NCBI GenBank assembly: GCA_945859975.1
Contig: CAMAPH010000012.1
Coordinates: forward strand, 1 to 63,979
Direction: 5' to 3'
Source of the DNA: Chthonomonas calidirosea
Lineage (GTDB): Bacteria > Armatimonadota > Fimbriimonadia > Fimbriimonadales > Fimbriimonadaceae
DNA length: 63,979 nucleotides
Shown: in pieces, positions 38,201-48,138 of the stretch
How the letters are laid out: the number at the start of each line of letters is the position of its first letter
Position numbering within the stretch: the first letter of the stretch is position 1
Program-made: the position numbers and the translations under genes
The notes under the pieces: generated by a model
The model's input: only the letters and a program-made list of their open reading frames with translations
What the model was told of the DNA's origin: nothing
The model's database searches: none

Positions 38201-38908
38201 ATGGCGATCCTTCAGTCTTGGCAAGTCGCCAGTGCCCGCGTCGTTTTGCATCGGGCGGAGCGGGGCGAAGAGAGTATTCGGGAGACCTGTCCCAGCACCC
38301 AGATATGGCTTTTGCTATCGGGGGAATGGAAGGAGGCAGGAGACGGAAACCGGGGCCGGGTTCAGCGTTATGAGGCACGCCGATACGCGCCCCGGCAACC
38401 AAACCGCCGCGTGGTGGACGCGGCCTCCACGGCCATCGGGATAGAGCTTTTTAAGATCGATGGAGAACCGGTGTTGTCGCCGAGCCAGCTGCGAACGAGT
38501 TGGCAGATCGCGCACCTTGCGTTGAACAACCGGCTCGATTATTTGTATCTGGAAGAACAAGTTGGTGGCTTTGAGGGCCAACCGTGTCCGGCCGAAAGGT
38601 CCGCCGATTGGCTGCAGCATGCGTTCGAGATTGTTCAAACCGAGTATCGCGATCCTCTTACGCTTGACGGAATTGCCTCGCGAGTCGGAATCAGCCCAAA
38701 CCATCTTTCTGCGTCCTTTCACGCTGCTCATGGGTTGCCGATTTCTAAGCTGATCCGACGGCTTCGGCTCGAGGATTCCCTCCGACGCTTGGATTCGACG
38801 CGCGACGCCTGGCTTGATGCAGGATTTTATGACGTGAGTCATTTTTGGCGTGCATGCAAGACGGATTTAGGTTTGACTCCATCGCAGATCCGCCGCTTAA
38901 GATCGTAA
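38201..38908 (+). CDS. AraC family transcriptional regulator
   Basis: LTLDGIASRVGISPNHLSASF, RRLRLE, AGFYDVSHF...GLTPSQIR. Confidence 0.85.
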   Translation: MAILQSWQVASARVVLHRAERGEESIRETCPSTQIWLLLSGEWKEAGDGNRGRVQRYEARRYAPRQPNRRVVDAASTAIGIELFKIDGEPVLSPSQLRTSWQIAHLALNNRLDYLYLEEQVGGFEGQPCPAERSADWLQHAFEIVQTEYRDPLTLDGIASRVGISPNHLSASFHAAHGLPISKLIRRLRLEDSLRRLDSTRDAWLDAGFYDVSHFWRACKTDLGLTPSQIRRLRS

Positions 38909-38952
38909 TTTCTTACAAGACTCCTTGTTGGAGCGACGGCGATACTGATCGT

Positions 38953-39354
38953 ATGGTGCCATTGCTCTCCGCATTCATCCTCTTTCAAGCCCCTGATATC
39001 AAATCCACGATTGACACCTTTGTCAACGCCGTGATTCGCTACGACGTGGCGACCCTAGAGCGCATCACTGATCCTCAATATGTGGAAGTCTCGCCACTCG
39101 GGCAGGTCGATGAACGGGAAAAGTTCCTTTCCTTTTATAGAGTTCCAGCGGACAAGCGTGGCCCCGGGCCAAGCAAAGTTGAACTCACAGACTGGCTCAT
39201 TCGGCCGATCGGTAAGTCAGGCTCAGTCGCGATCTTCCGCGAGACTTTCGAGATCGGAGGCCGGAAAATCAGTTTCCGGGTCACGACCGTTTTACAGATG
39301 AAAGGATCAGACTGGGTAGTCGTTTCGAACCATGCGACGGCCCTTAGAGGCTAG
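38953..39354 (+). CDS. NTF2-like (DUF4440) exported protein
   Basis: DVATLERI...YVEVSPLG...RVTTV...WVVVSNH. Confidence 0.8.
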   Translation: MVPLLSAFILFQAPDIKSTIDTFVNAVIRYDVATLERITDPQYVEVSPLGQVDEREKFLSFYRVPADKRGPGPSKVELTDWLIRPIGKSGSVAIFRETFEIGGRKISFRVTTVLQMKGSDWVVVSNHATALRG

Positions 39355-39467
39355 GCAGCTCAACTTGAATTGACCTAGAGACGACACATCCTGGAGGCAA
39401 TAAGAATGAAATAGTGTCCTAAAGGTTTCATATAGGTAACATCCGGCACACGTAACTTGGTGACTGG

Positions 39468-40160
39468 ATGAAAAAGTACTTTGCAGAGTTTTTCGGGACG
39501 TTCTGGCTGGTTCTCGGGGGCTGCGGAAGCGCTGTCTTGGCCGCTGGTTTTCCCGACGTGGGAATCGGCTTGCTCGGCGTTTCCTTGGCGTTCGGCTTGA
39601 CCGTCCTTACGATGGCGTTTGCCATCGGGCACATCTCAGGTTGCCACCTTAATCCGGCCGTATCCATTGGGCTCTGGGCGGCGGGGCGATTCCAAGCGAA
39701 AGAGTTGGTGCCCTACATCATCTCTCAAGTGTTGGGCGGAATCGCTGGAGCAGGAGTCCTTTATCTCATTGCCAGCGGAAAGGCCGGATTTGAACTGTCC
39801 GCCGGCTTCGCTTCGAATGGCTTTGGCGAACACTCACCGGGCAAGTACGGACTGGTCGCGGCGCTGGTGACGGAAGTCGTAATGACCATGATGTTTCTCT
39901 TGGTCATCTTGGGTTCGACGGACAAGCGCGCTCCTCAAGGATTCGCCCCGATCGGGATTGGTCTGTGTCTCACCCTGATTCACCTCATCAGCATCCCGGT
40001 CACGAACACGTCCGTTAATCCGGCCAGAAGCACGGGCGTCGCGGTGTTTGTCGGGGATTGGGCCATCGCCCAGCTGTGGGTCTTCTGGGTTGCGCCAATC
40101 GTCGGCGCGGTGCTTGGCGCGCTGGTCTACAAGTTCATTGGTAGCGAAGAAAGCGTATAG
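39468..40160 (+). CDS. aqpZ: Aquaporin Z
   Basis: Two NPA motifs (HLNPAVS, SVNPARS); [21 protein letters not shown]. Confidence 0.96.
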   Translation: MKKYFAEFFGTFWLVLGGCGSAVLAAGFPDVGIGLLGVSLAFGLTVLTMAFAIGHISGCHLNPAVSIGLWAAGRFQAKELVPYIISQVLGGIAGAGVLYLIASGKAGFELSAGFASNGFGEHSPGKYGLVAALVTEVVMTMMFLLVILGSTDKRAPQGFAPIGIGLCLTLIHLISIPVTNTSVNPARSTGVAVFVGDWAIAQLWVFWVAPIVGAVLGALVYKFIGSEESV

Positions 40161-40259
40161 CATCAAACGGTAGCCATTGCAGGCTCCTTCTGGCACCTGC
40201 TTTCGTTCGAATCTGGAGGCTTGTTGATCAGGCCGCCAGATTAGCAGCGTAGATCGGGC

Positions 40260-42605
40260 TTACTCGTCTCCTCCGGGGCTACCTATCCGACAACTTGCCC
40301 GATGTCGTCCGGGGCCGACCTCCTTGGAACTCCCATCAGGCAGAACTATCAGCGCCCTTGTGCCCTTTGGTACGGTCACGCTCAAGGCAAACCGTTCCCC
40401 AGTTCGATCCCACCGAACCTTCACCGGACCCTTCGGCGTCGGTACGCTACCTTCGGCCCAACTGAGGTCACAAACCGTTGGCTGGATGCGGATGCGCTCG
40501 AACCCTGGAGACGCGGGAGAGATCCCAAGCACACGGGCGCTGAGTTGATAAGTGGGTGTGCATTGCCAGGCGTGACTCAGATCACCACGATCCCACATTT
40601 CCGGGAAAGTCTGGGTAACTGGATTTACCTTCCAACGCCGCATTTGCCGCGTAGCCCATTGGTCGAAAAGGTCTGTTCGTGCCAGCGCATCGAAGGCGAA
40701 GTGCATGAAGTAGGGTTGGCAATTGGCGGGCCCGCTCTCCATCACCTTGTTTAGGATGTTTCTGGCATTGTCGGCGGTTGCAAGTCCATAGGCGCAGGCG
40801 AGGATATTGACTTGGCTGGAGAACGTTTCAACCGGTTTGTCGGCCGGAAGCCAGGTTCCAACCACCGAGTTTGATTCGCCCGGCTTTCCGTCCCGAAACA
40901 GCCCCTTCTCCTTGTTCCAAAGTTCGGTCTGGAAAGCGGTGCCAACTTGACGGCGCAGATCGCCAAATTTTTTTGATCGATTTTGGTCACCAACGAACTC
41001 CGCAATTCGTGTTCCGTCTTCAAGCGCTCGGTAGTAAAAGGCAGTTAGGACGCCTTGCCCGATAACCGCCGGTGGATGGTGAAGGTTAAATCCCTCCAAC
41101 TCGACCCAATCGATAAACATGAAGTTGGGCGGGTTGGAAACGAGTCCATTTCTACCTCTCCAGGTTTCCCAAGTATCAAGAAGTTGAAACGCAGTCGGAG
41201 CAAGTTCTCGCAGCAAGGCCTCGTCGCCGGTGTACTGCCAGTATTCGATCAGCATCTGAAGCCAGAGCAGGGCGTAGCTTGTGTGGAAAACCTTACTCTT
41301 TCGGTCTCGAATGATCTGGCCGTACTTGCGTAAGTCTTGCCGCGCAAGTCCTGCCTCCCCAAACGTCTGGTAGCTAATCAGAGATTCGATCAAGTAGTCG
41401 CCCGGGTCACTGATCGGCTCTTGGTGGTGGGGCGAATCTAAATGGTGGGTCTGCATGCAGATCTGCGTTGACCATCTACCTACTTTCCAAATCTCGTTGA
41501 GCTGCGGATCGCTGCACGAAAACTCACCGAGATAGCGAACCGGGTAGGAACGAAAGACGGCCCGGACCTCTTCGATTTTTATCGGAGACGTCACTCCGGT
41601 GGCCTGAATATTGATCGTGGAAAAGCTATCGAAGAATGGGACTTCGAATGTCTGCGCCCCCGAGCCAAGCTTGAGTCGTACCGCGCGGTGATATCCGTTC
41701 TCGTCTCGCTCGTTCGGCATCAAGTTCAATATTGCGCCTTCACCGCCAACCACCCGAAGCACGATATGGGCGCTGAGCACACGATCAAAACCGACCGAGA
41801 AACCCCCGTCAGAAGTGATTCTTAGATCGCCCTCGGACTCAACTCCTCCTGTAACTCGCGCGAAACCTTTGGCCGGGTAGATGGCCTCCATTGGCGCCGG
41901 AATTTCACTTTGGAGGATCGGTCGCTCGGCAGATGGTACGAGCCGTGCTGGCTTCCAGTCATTGTCGCTGGACTCGGCCCACTTGGATGGTATGGACTGT
42001 GACCGAAGGGTGAGGAAATCACCCTTGCCGTGCAACGGTTCGCCAATCGCGGCTTTTTCAAATGTCAATCCGGAACTTGGCGTCACTAACCACGACTCAT
42101 CGGAGCCGAATTTAGTCTCGTCAAAGTCGGCTTCTACCCATAGGCCAGGTTTGCCCAACTTGCCTTCGCTTTGAACTAGTGGTCGGGAGATGACCTCCAC
42201 GGAAACAAGGTTCTTTCCGGCCCTGATCCACTTGCTTACATCGACGACATCGTAAAGCCATGGTCCGGTGGGTCCGATATCGTAGTCTCGGCCAACATCC
42301 GCCGGCCCGCGCGCAACGAGTTGGTTGTTGACGTAAAGGCGATAGCTACACTCCGAGGTGATCCGAAGAATCGCCTTCTTGGGTGCCGCACACAACTCAA
42401 CTGACTTTCGGAAATGTGCGGCGACGGGATCACCATCTGTCCAAATCCACCGCCCTTTTCCGGTGACAGAGCTGAGAGGCGGAGTTAGAGCGATTCCTTC
42501 CACGCGGCCCGCGGCTACCGAAACTTTTCCTTTCAGTGGTGGAATCGGGCCGAGGTGAGAAGTTGATTGACTCATGAGAACCGTTGAAAGAATGATGGTG
42601 AGCAT
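40260..42605 (-). CDS. Alpha-L-rhamnosidase-like glycoside hydrolase (GH78-like)
   Basis: FSCSDPQLNEIW, DSPHHQE, FIDW, TFPEMW..LSHAW, WAEGSVPTPKGPVKVRW. Confidence 0.85.
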   Translation of the reverse strand: MLTIILSTVLMSQSTSHLGPIPPLKGKVSVAAGRVEGIALTPPLSSVTGKGRWIWTDGDPVAAHFRKSVELCAAPKKAILRITSECSYRLYVNNQLVARGPADVGRDYDIGPTGPWLYDVVDVSKWIRAGKNLVSVEVISRPLVQSEGKLGKPGLWVEADFDETKFGSDESWLVTPSSGLTFEKAAIGEPLHGKGDFLTLRSQSIPSKWAESSDNDWKPARLVPSAERPILQSEIPAPMEAIYPAKGFARVTGGVESEGDLRITSDGGFSVGFDRVLSAHIVLRVVGGEGAILNLMPNERDENGYHRAVRLKLGSGAQTFEVPFFDSFSTINIQATGVTSPIKIEEVRAVFRSYPVRYLGEFSCSDPQLNEIWKVGRWSTQICMQTHHLDSPHHQEPISDPGDYLIESLISYQTFGEAGLARQDLRKYGQIIRDRKSKVFHTSYALLWLQMLIEYWQYTGDEALLRELAPTAFQLLDTWETWRGRNGLVSNPPNFMFIDWVELEGFNLHHPPAVIGQGVLTAFYYRALEDGTRIAEFVGDQNRSKKFGDLRRQVGTAFQTELWNKEKGLFRDGKPGESNSVVGTWLPADKPVETFSSQVNILACAYGLATADNARNILNKVMESGPANCQPYFMHFAFDALARTDLFDQWATRQMRRWKVNPVTQTFPEMWDRGDLSHAWQCTPTYQLSARVLGISPASPGFERIRIQPTVCDLSWAEGSVPTPKGPVKVRWDRTGERFALSVTVPKGTRALIVLPDGSSKEVGPGRHRASCRIGSPGGDE

Positions 42606-42746
42606 TGCCTTGAATTGCCGGCGTTTGAACAAGTCGGGCTTGAAGGTCCGCGATCTTACCTTTGCGACATCCAAGCAAGGCTTCTGAGCAACCCTTTCGT
42701 TGATGCGGCCGAATGAATGACTTGGGACCAGCGTCAGAAACTGAGC

Positions 42747-42783
42747 ATTTACTCTAAAACATAAAGTAGAGTATTTACTCTAA
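42747..42783. promoter_or_regulatory. AT-rich operator-like repeat cluster
   Basis: ATTTACTCTAA at 42747 and 42773; palindrome TAGAGTA-TT-TACTCTA at 42767-42782. Confidence 0.5.
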
Positions 42784-42934
42784 TGAATCAAACGATCCAT
42801 AAGTTCAGCCAAAGAACGCCTTGGCCGTCGTCGTCAATCTTTGAACTCAATCAATTGGTCAAAAGTGCTCCGCGACTAGGCGTTGCAAGGCTCGCTTGCC
42901 CTCGGGCTCTACGATTTGTCCGGTGGGGAAGCCG

Positions 42935-43561
42935 ATGAAATCTTGGCTTGGAAACGTCGTTGGGTCTCAACTACGGCAGCCGCATGGCGCGCTCGCCAAC
43001 TTAGTTGGGCGAATCATGAACCGGAGCAATCGATCTCTCTACGCCAGGGTCATCGAGAATCTCCATCCTGCTCCGCAGGCGACCGTGCTAGAAATCGGTT
43101 TCGGAAATGGCTCGCATTTTCCGGAGATATTGCGGTTGGAGCCAACTGTTCGGTTGCTGGGGGTCGAAGTCTCGCCAGAAATGCACCGAGTCGCAAGTAA
43201 AACGCATCACGCAGACATTGCGAGCGGCAGGGTCAAACTGCTCTTGGACCATGCTGAACTACCGGACGGTTCTGTTGATGTTGCTCTCGCCGTCAATGTG
43301 ATCTACTTCTGGCCAAATCCAGAAGAGAACCTGGCAGAAATTCGCCGACTCCTAAAGCCAGGTGGTCGATTCGTGATCGGGATTCGGCCCTATGAAACTT
43401 TAGTAGCGATGCCCTTCACGAAGACCGGGTTCATCTTGAGAACCGAAAGCGAATGGCGCGAACAGTTGCGGTCGGCCGGGTTCGAGTTAGAGAGGGAAGA
43501 AGCAGTACCGGCTGCGGCTGGAGAATTGCCGGGTCTTGTTTGGATCGCTGTTCCACACTGA
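42935..43561 (+). CDS. Class I SAM-dependent methyltransferase
   Basis: QLRQPHG, VLEIGFGNG, AVNVIYFW, RLLKPGG. Confidence 0.9.
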   Translation: MKSWLGNVVGSQLRQPHGALANLVGRIMNRSNRSLYARVIENLHPAPQATVLEIGFGNGSHFPEILRLEPTVRLLGVEVSPEMHRVASKTHHADIASGRVKLLLDHAELPDGSVDVALAVNVIYFWPNPEENLAEIRRLLKPGGRFVIGIRPYETLVAMPFTKTGFILRTESEWREQLRSAGFELEREEAVPAAAGELPGLVWIAVPH

Positions 43562-43640
43562 GAGGGGGCGCAATCGATTTCGTCTTCGGGCACGGAGCAG
43601 CAAGTGTTGTGGTAGGGCCGGGCAATCGCTCGGTGAAAGT

Positions 43641-43745
43641 TTAACGGTCAAAGCTTTTCAGCTGCCATCCCCACAGCCACTTGAACGATTGGCTCTCACT
43701 TGCATCAAACCACGATTCAGCGGGCCACAAAAGGTGACAGTTTAG
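43641..43745 (-). pseudogene. Relic 3' end of a phosphotransferase gene
   Basis: Encodes ...LLWPAESWFDASESQSFKWLWGWQLKSFDR*, collinear with the C-terminus of 45098..46042. Confidence 0.75.
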
Positions 43746-43843
43746 TTCGTTCCCCGACAAGTTCCTACGATGAGTCAGGCACGCTGCGATAGAATGATCA
43801 TGCTGCGGAGTGCGGCGAGCAATCGACCGCCACGTAGATTCGA

Positions 43844-45013
43844 ATGCCCAGAAAGAAAGCAGTTCTCCCTTCATCACTATTAGTTGAGCTCAATGTCCGA
43901 GGGGCTCCGTGGATAGATTCCGGTCAAGTCCGTTATTGCAACGAGTTCGCCGCATTCCTTCGTTCGAACGACCTGACTCCAACTATCCGATGCGATAGGT
44001 TCGGAACCGAGCAGATGGTCTCGAACTGGGCTCGATTTGCTCGGGACCTGAATAAGCCGCTAGAGTACATCAACCTTGTTAGCTCAAGCGGCACGTCGAA
44101 ACAGCTCGATCTGGTCCTAACGGAGCTGGATGGGAAGGCCACGCCGACATGCAGCCTGCTGATTGATGGATTCCGGATCTCTGGTGAACAGTTTCGCCGC
44201 CTTACTGCGCAGTTTGAAGACCTTTCCTTCGTTCGTTGTCATTTCAAAAGAGGTTGGTGGCTCTCGGAGCCTAATCGCAAGTGTCATTCCCTGACGCTAG
44301 AGAGCTGCACCGGTGTGCGCCAGGTCACGAACACAGTAGGTTGCGCCAGTTGGAGTGCTCTGAAGTACCTCGGGGTCCGTGGACCCGGACTATCTTTAGA
44401 CTTGCAACGCTCTGGGAAATGGCCTGAGTACCCTGCGAACCGAGAACTCACAGAGCCTTTCGCGGAGGAACTGGTGGCCGCCTTTTGGAGCGATAGTCTT
44501 GAACACGTAAATGTGAGTGAGCTGCTTTCCATCGATTTTCTAGCCTCGCTCCCAAACTGCAAATCGATGTGGTGGATGAGTTTGTATTCTCCCGTAACCC
44601 CAAAAGTGTTCGAGTGGTTGGCGGGAAACTCGAGCTTGAAAACTTTGGATATGGTGTGGCGTCCGGGTACTCGACTACCCTGGAGCGAACTTAGTCGGCT
44701 CAGAGGCTTAAAATCCCTCGACGTATCTGATTCGCCCTTCGATGACGAGGACCTGAAGTCAATAGTTCAGGTCAGCAAGTTGCGTTGCCTTGAGGCCTAC
44801 TACTCGAATCTCACGCCAGCATCATGGCCGGTGATCCTGTCGTGGCCGAGCCTGAGATCCTTCTGGGTGTCGATGGAAATGAGTGGCGACGAAGAGCCGG
44901 AGGGTTTGCCTGAGTCGACTCAGTTGCAACAGTTCGTCGCTTTGAATGCGCGTATAGAGTGGTTTGAGCGGCTTTTGAGCCGCTACCCGCACGTCAAGAT
45001 CGGCAACATGTAG
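43844..45013 (+). CDS. Leucine-rich-repeat-like protein
   Basis: LKTLDM, LKSLDVSDSPFDDEDL, LRCLEAYYSNLT, LRSFWV repeats. Confidence 0.7.
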   Translation: MPRKKAVLPSSLLVELNVRGAPWIDSGQVRYCNEFAAFLRSNDLTPTIRCDRFGTEQMVSNWARFARDLNKPLEYINLVSSSGTSKQLDLVLTELDGKATPTCSLLIDGFRISGEQFRRLTAQFEDLSFVRCHFKRGWWLSEPNRKCHSLTLESCTGVRQVTNTVGCASWSALKYLGVRGPGLSLDLQRSGKWPEYPANRELTEPFAEELVAAFWSDSLEHVNVSELLSIDFLASLPNCKSMWWMSLYSPVTPKVFEWLAGNSSLKTLDMVWRPGTRLPWSELSRLRGLKSLDVSDSPFDDEDLKSIVQVSKLRCLEAYYSNLTPASWPVILSWPSLRSFWVSMEMSGDEEPEGLPESTQLQQFVALNARIEWFERLLSRYPHVKIGNM

Positions 45014-45097
45014 TTTGGCAGCGAATGGTTCGGACTAGGGACGGACTGCTAATAATGAGGCGGCCACGGCGAAGGAAAATCCTCGAATGTAATTCTT

Positions 45098-46042
45098 CTA
45101 CCCGTCTAAGTTTTCAAGTTGCCATCCCCAGAGCCAGCGCATCGAATCGCACTCGGTTGGATCAATGCACCAGTTAGCGGGGACAAAGAGGCAGTGCTCT
45201 ACGGACAAGGTCCAGTCGGCTTGTGCTCGTTCCCAGGAGTAACCAGGGCGCGAAAGAGCTTCAAACCAACGTCGGAGAATGGCCTGTTCGTGCTCCAGTC
45301 GCAATTCTCGGTTCCACCAGGGCGCGATCGCGTACGCGAGGTCATACACCGCCAGCCCATATGGAGTGATTCCATCTAACGGTTGCCTGTCCAAGAAGTA
45401 AACCGGAGTGTCCGCAATCTTTGGAGTCAAGACATTGGTCGGATTGGCGTCGCCGTGAAGCAACGTCATGCCACGGGGATCACTCCAGCGCACGGCAAGC
45501 TCCTTTTGAAGCATCGTGAATCGATTCGCGAAAGCTTTGCCCGTGGCGCATTCCAGGTTCGTGATTCCGGGTCGAAGATTTGCGAACTCAAGTTCCCAGT
45601 TGCCCGGTTCCTTAGCTGGGCCAGTTTCCCAATGGTGGGCATGCAATTGGGCTAGCGCCTCGGCTACGGCAAGGCCATGCTCAAGGGTGGGTGGAACCTC
45701 TTTATGGTCGTGAAAATGGTCCGAAAGGTCGTCGAGCAGGATGTGATAGCCCACGCCCGGTTCATATCCGGCGTCGTGGAACTTCACGAGCGGTGCCCCT
45801 GGCAAGTTGACGTAGTCTTGCAGGTAGTAATCCACTTCCGATCTACCGCTTTGCGGGTGAAGACAAATCTTCAACCAGAGCTTGTGGTTCGTGCCGTCTT
45901 GGGAGGTAACCGTAACCTTGGCGTGACGCGCCCAGTTGCTTTCCTCAACTTGCATTGAAAACTCCAAGACATTCTTCCCGGTGACTTCTGTCAGCCAGTT
46001 GGAAGTCACTTGATCAAAGTTTCGAATCATCGGCACGGCCAC
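45098..46042 (-). CDS. Aminoglycoside-phosphotransferase / choline-kinase-like protein
   Basis: LAQLHA, TLLHGDANPTNVL (Brenner motif), FLD, DLAY. Confidence 0.85.
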   Translation of the reverse strand: MAVPMIRNFDQVTSNWLTEVTGKNVLEFSMQVEESNWARHAKVTVTSQDGTNHKLWLKICLHPQSGRSEVDYYLQDYVNLPGAPLVKFHDAGYEPGVGYHILLDDLSDHFHDHKEVPPTLEHGLAVAEALAQLHAHHWETGPAKEPGNWELEFANLRPGITNLECATGKAFANRFTMLQKELAVRWSDPRGMTLLHGDANPTNVLTPKIADTPVYFLDRQPLDGITPYGLAVYDLAYAIAPWWNRELRLEHEQAILRRWFEALSRPGYSWERAQADWTLSVEHCLFVPANWCIDPTECDSMRWLWGWQLENLDG

Positions 46043-46154
46043 TCACTTTGGCATCCTCAGGTCGCTCAGAATACAACTCTCACGAGTGAACGACTAGAAA
46101 ACCTGAAGTGGATGCGGGTAGTAAATAGTTTGAAAAAGTGATAAATTACGCTCG

Positions 46155-46877
46155 ATGAAAGTTCGTCCGGTTCACTTCTTGCTCGGCCTCGGTTTGCTCA
46201 CCAGCATCGCTTGCCTTGGCGGCACAGACTCTAGCGAGTTTCAGGTTAGCCCTCGGGTGCGGCTGGCGTTTCTTGGCTCGCTCACCGGTGCCGCTGCGCT
46301 CTACCGAGTGGACGGAGCCACGGAAGTCGAACTCGTTTCCATCACCGACGGCTCGGCCCCCAGCGACTTCGTGTCCGTGGGCGAAATTCAGAACTACGCG
46401 GACGCCGTTTCTTTGCGGGTGAAGGCCAACAACCAGGTACTGGAAACCCGGAGCTTCACGTTGACTGCGGGATCGAAAAATACTGTGGCGGTTGCGAGCC
46501 AGGGACAGACTGCCCCGCGCATCCAGAATTTTCCAATCAGCCAGATTGCCGTACCCGTCGGCCAATGGAACTTCGCGTTCGGGCACATGGCCGTCGGCTA
46601 TACAGGCGCTGTTGATGTGTACGTGATTCGCGGCACAGAAACGATTCAAACCGCAGGCCGCGCGTTTGCCAGCGTTGGCCAGTACGCCGGCACCACCTAT
46701 CGTCTCGGCGACACTCCCGGTAACTCCATCGTAATCTGTCCGGCCGGAACCCGGCAGCCGCTGGTAACCATCCCGTACCCGACCACAACCGCCATCCCAG
46801 GGCGCCGCTTCACGGTTTTCCTTCGAGGAACCGGACAGGGCCAGGGCAGTCTGAGCACGTTTATCACGGCTGACTAG
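46155..46877 (+). CDS. Hypothetical lipoprotein (DUF4397-like beta-rich)
   Basis: Lipobox-like SIAC; FGHMA...GAVDVYV motif. Confidence 0.6.
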   Translation: MKVRPVHFLLGLGLLTSIACLGGTDSSEFQVSPRVRLAFLGSLTGAAALYRVDGATEVELVSITDGSAPSDFVSVGEIQNYADAVSLRVKANNQVLETRSFTLTAGSKNTVAVASQGQTAPRIQNFPISQIAVPVGQWNFAFGHMAVGYTGAVDVYVIRGTETIQTAGRAFASVGQYAGTTYRLGDTPGNSIVICPAGTRQPLVTIPYPTTTAIPGRRFTVFLRGTGQGQGSLSTFITAD

Positions 46878-47000
46878 TCCGGAGTTGGCGTCTCGTTTCC
46901 GGCCGGGAATCGCAATCCCGGCCAGAACTTGCAGAGTTTAACTAGAAGCGCTAGCGTCTCCTTAACTTGAAGATCAGACCGGTGTTGAAAGGCTGATCCT

Positions 47001-47696
47001 CTAGACTGCGGCCCCAAACATTTTGCCGACCGCGGCGGTTATTGCCATAGCGAGAATTCCCCAGAAGGTAACCCGCACCGCCCCGCGCCAAACGGACGCT
47101 CCGCCAATAAACGCCGCAACGGCCCCAAGACCCGCCAATGTAACGACCGTCGCGACGATGGTCACGAGGCTGATGGATTCGATTGGCGTGAATAGGCAGG
47201 CAAGGATTGGCACAGTAGCGCCGACCGCAAAGGCAGCGGCCGACGAAAGGGACGCCTGAATGGGTCTTGCCATCAGCGTCTCGGTGATTCCGAGTTCCTC
47301 GCGAGCATGGGCCGAAAGCGAATCGTGGGCTGTTAGCTGAACGGCAACTTCCTTTGCCAGGCGTTCGTCCAGACCTCGAGACATGTAAATTGCGGTGAGC
47401 TCAGCGAGCTCGAGGTCCGCCTGATCGGCAAGTTCGCCGCGCTCTTTGGTCAAGTCCGCGTTCTCGGTGTCGGCTTGTGATTGCACCGAAATGTATTCCC
47501 CTGCGGCCATCGAAAGCGCCCCTGCCACGAGCCCGGCAATGCCCGTGAGCATCAAGTTGCTTTTGCCGGCGCCACTCGCGGCGACTCCGACCACAAGGCT
47601 GGAAACCGACACAACTCCGTCGTTCGCCCCAAGGACCGCGGCACGGAGCCACCCGATATGGTGGGATTTATGATCTTCGGTATGAAGACTACGCAT
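47001..47696 (-). CDS. VIT1/CCC1 family Fe/Mn transporter
   Basis: WLRAAVLGANDG, AGALSMAAGEYISVQSQ, AHAREELG. Confidence 0.95.
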   Translation of the reverse strand: MRSLHTEDHKSHHIGWLRAAVLGANDGVVSVSSLVVGVAASGAGKSNLMLTGIAGLVAGALSMAAGEYISVQSQADTENADLTKERGELADQADLELAELTAIYMSRGLDERLAKEVAVQLTAHDSLSAHAREELGITETLMARPIQASLSSAAAFAVGATVPILACLFTPIESISLVTIVATVVTLAGLGAVAAFIGGASVWRGAVRVTFWGILAMAITAAVGKMFGAAV

Positions 47697-48061
47697 TATT
47701 CCAGTATCACGGATTCGGACCCCGGGTTCTCGCCTGACAAATATCGGACATGATTCCACCGACTGAAAATCTAAGACGCGATTTCTCCCCGGTGGAAGTA
47801 TCAGGGGTAGCTGCGTCTCTGGCGCGATCAGCGTCACGGAACAATGCCGTTCCACGCGACTTTTGCGCGGTACAAGGAGAAAGCCTCGGAGTCGATCCCA
47901 ATCCTGCCAATGAGTCCGCTCGCGATCCAGCTAACACGCGTGGCCCTGTTCGAAAGCCATCTCGGGCCCGCGGGCTCGACCTAAGAAGTCATCGCTGAAT
48001 CGCCCCAAGAGTAAGCAGCACACGAACAGAGCCGTCCGAAGTTTTGGAGAGAAACTGAGAC

Positions 48062-48109
48062 TGCACACGATTGCAAAGACTCGTGGTAGTATCTCTGCAA
48101 TCGTGTGCA
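48062..48109. promoter_or_regulatory. Pair of LacI-type operators
   Basis: TGCACACGATTGCA (48062-48075) and its exact reverse complement TGCAATCGTGTGCA (48096-48109), each with a central CG. Confidence 0.7.
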
Positions 48110-48138
48110 AAGCAGATCCAAGAAGGGGGGAACGAGGG

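Noticed and set aside
39468..40160. aqpZ as the arsenite channel for the ars operon
   Set aside because: It looks like an orthodox water-selective AqpZ, not GlpF/AqpS, and lies about 12 kb away
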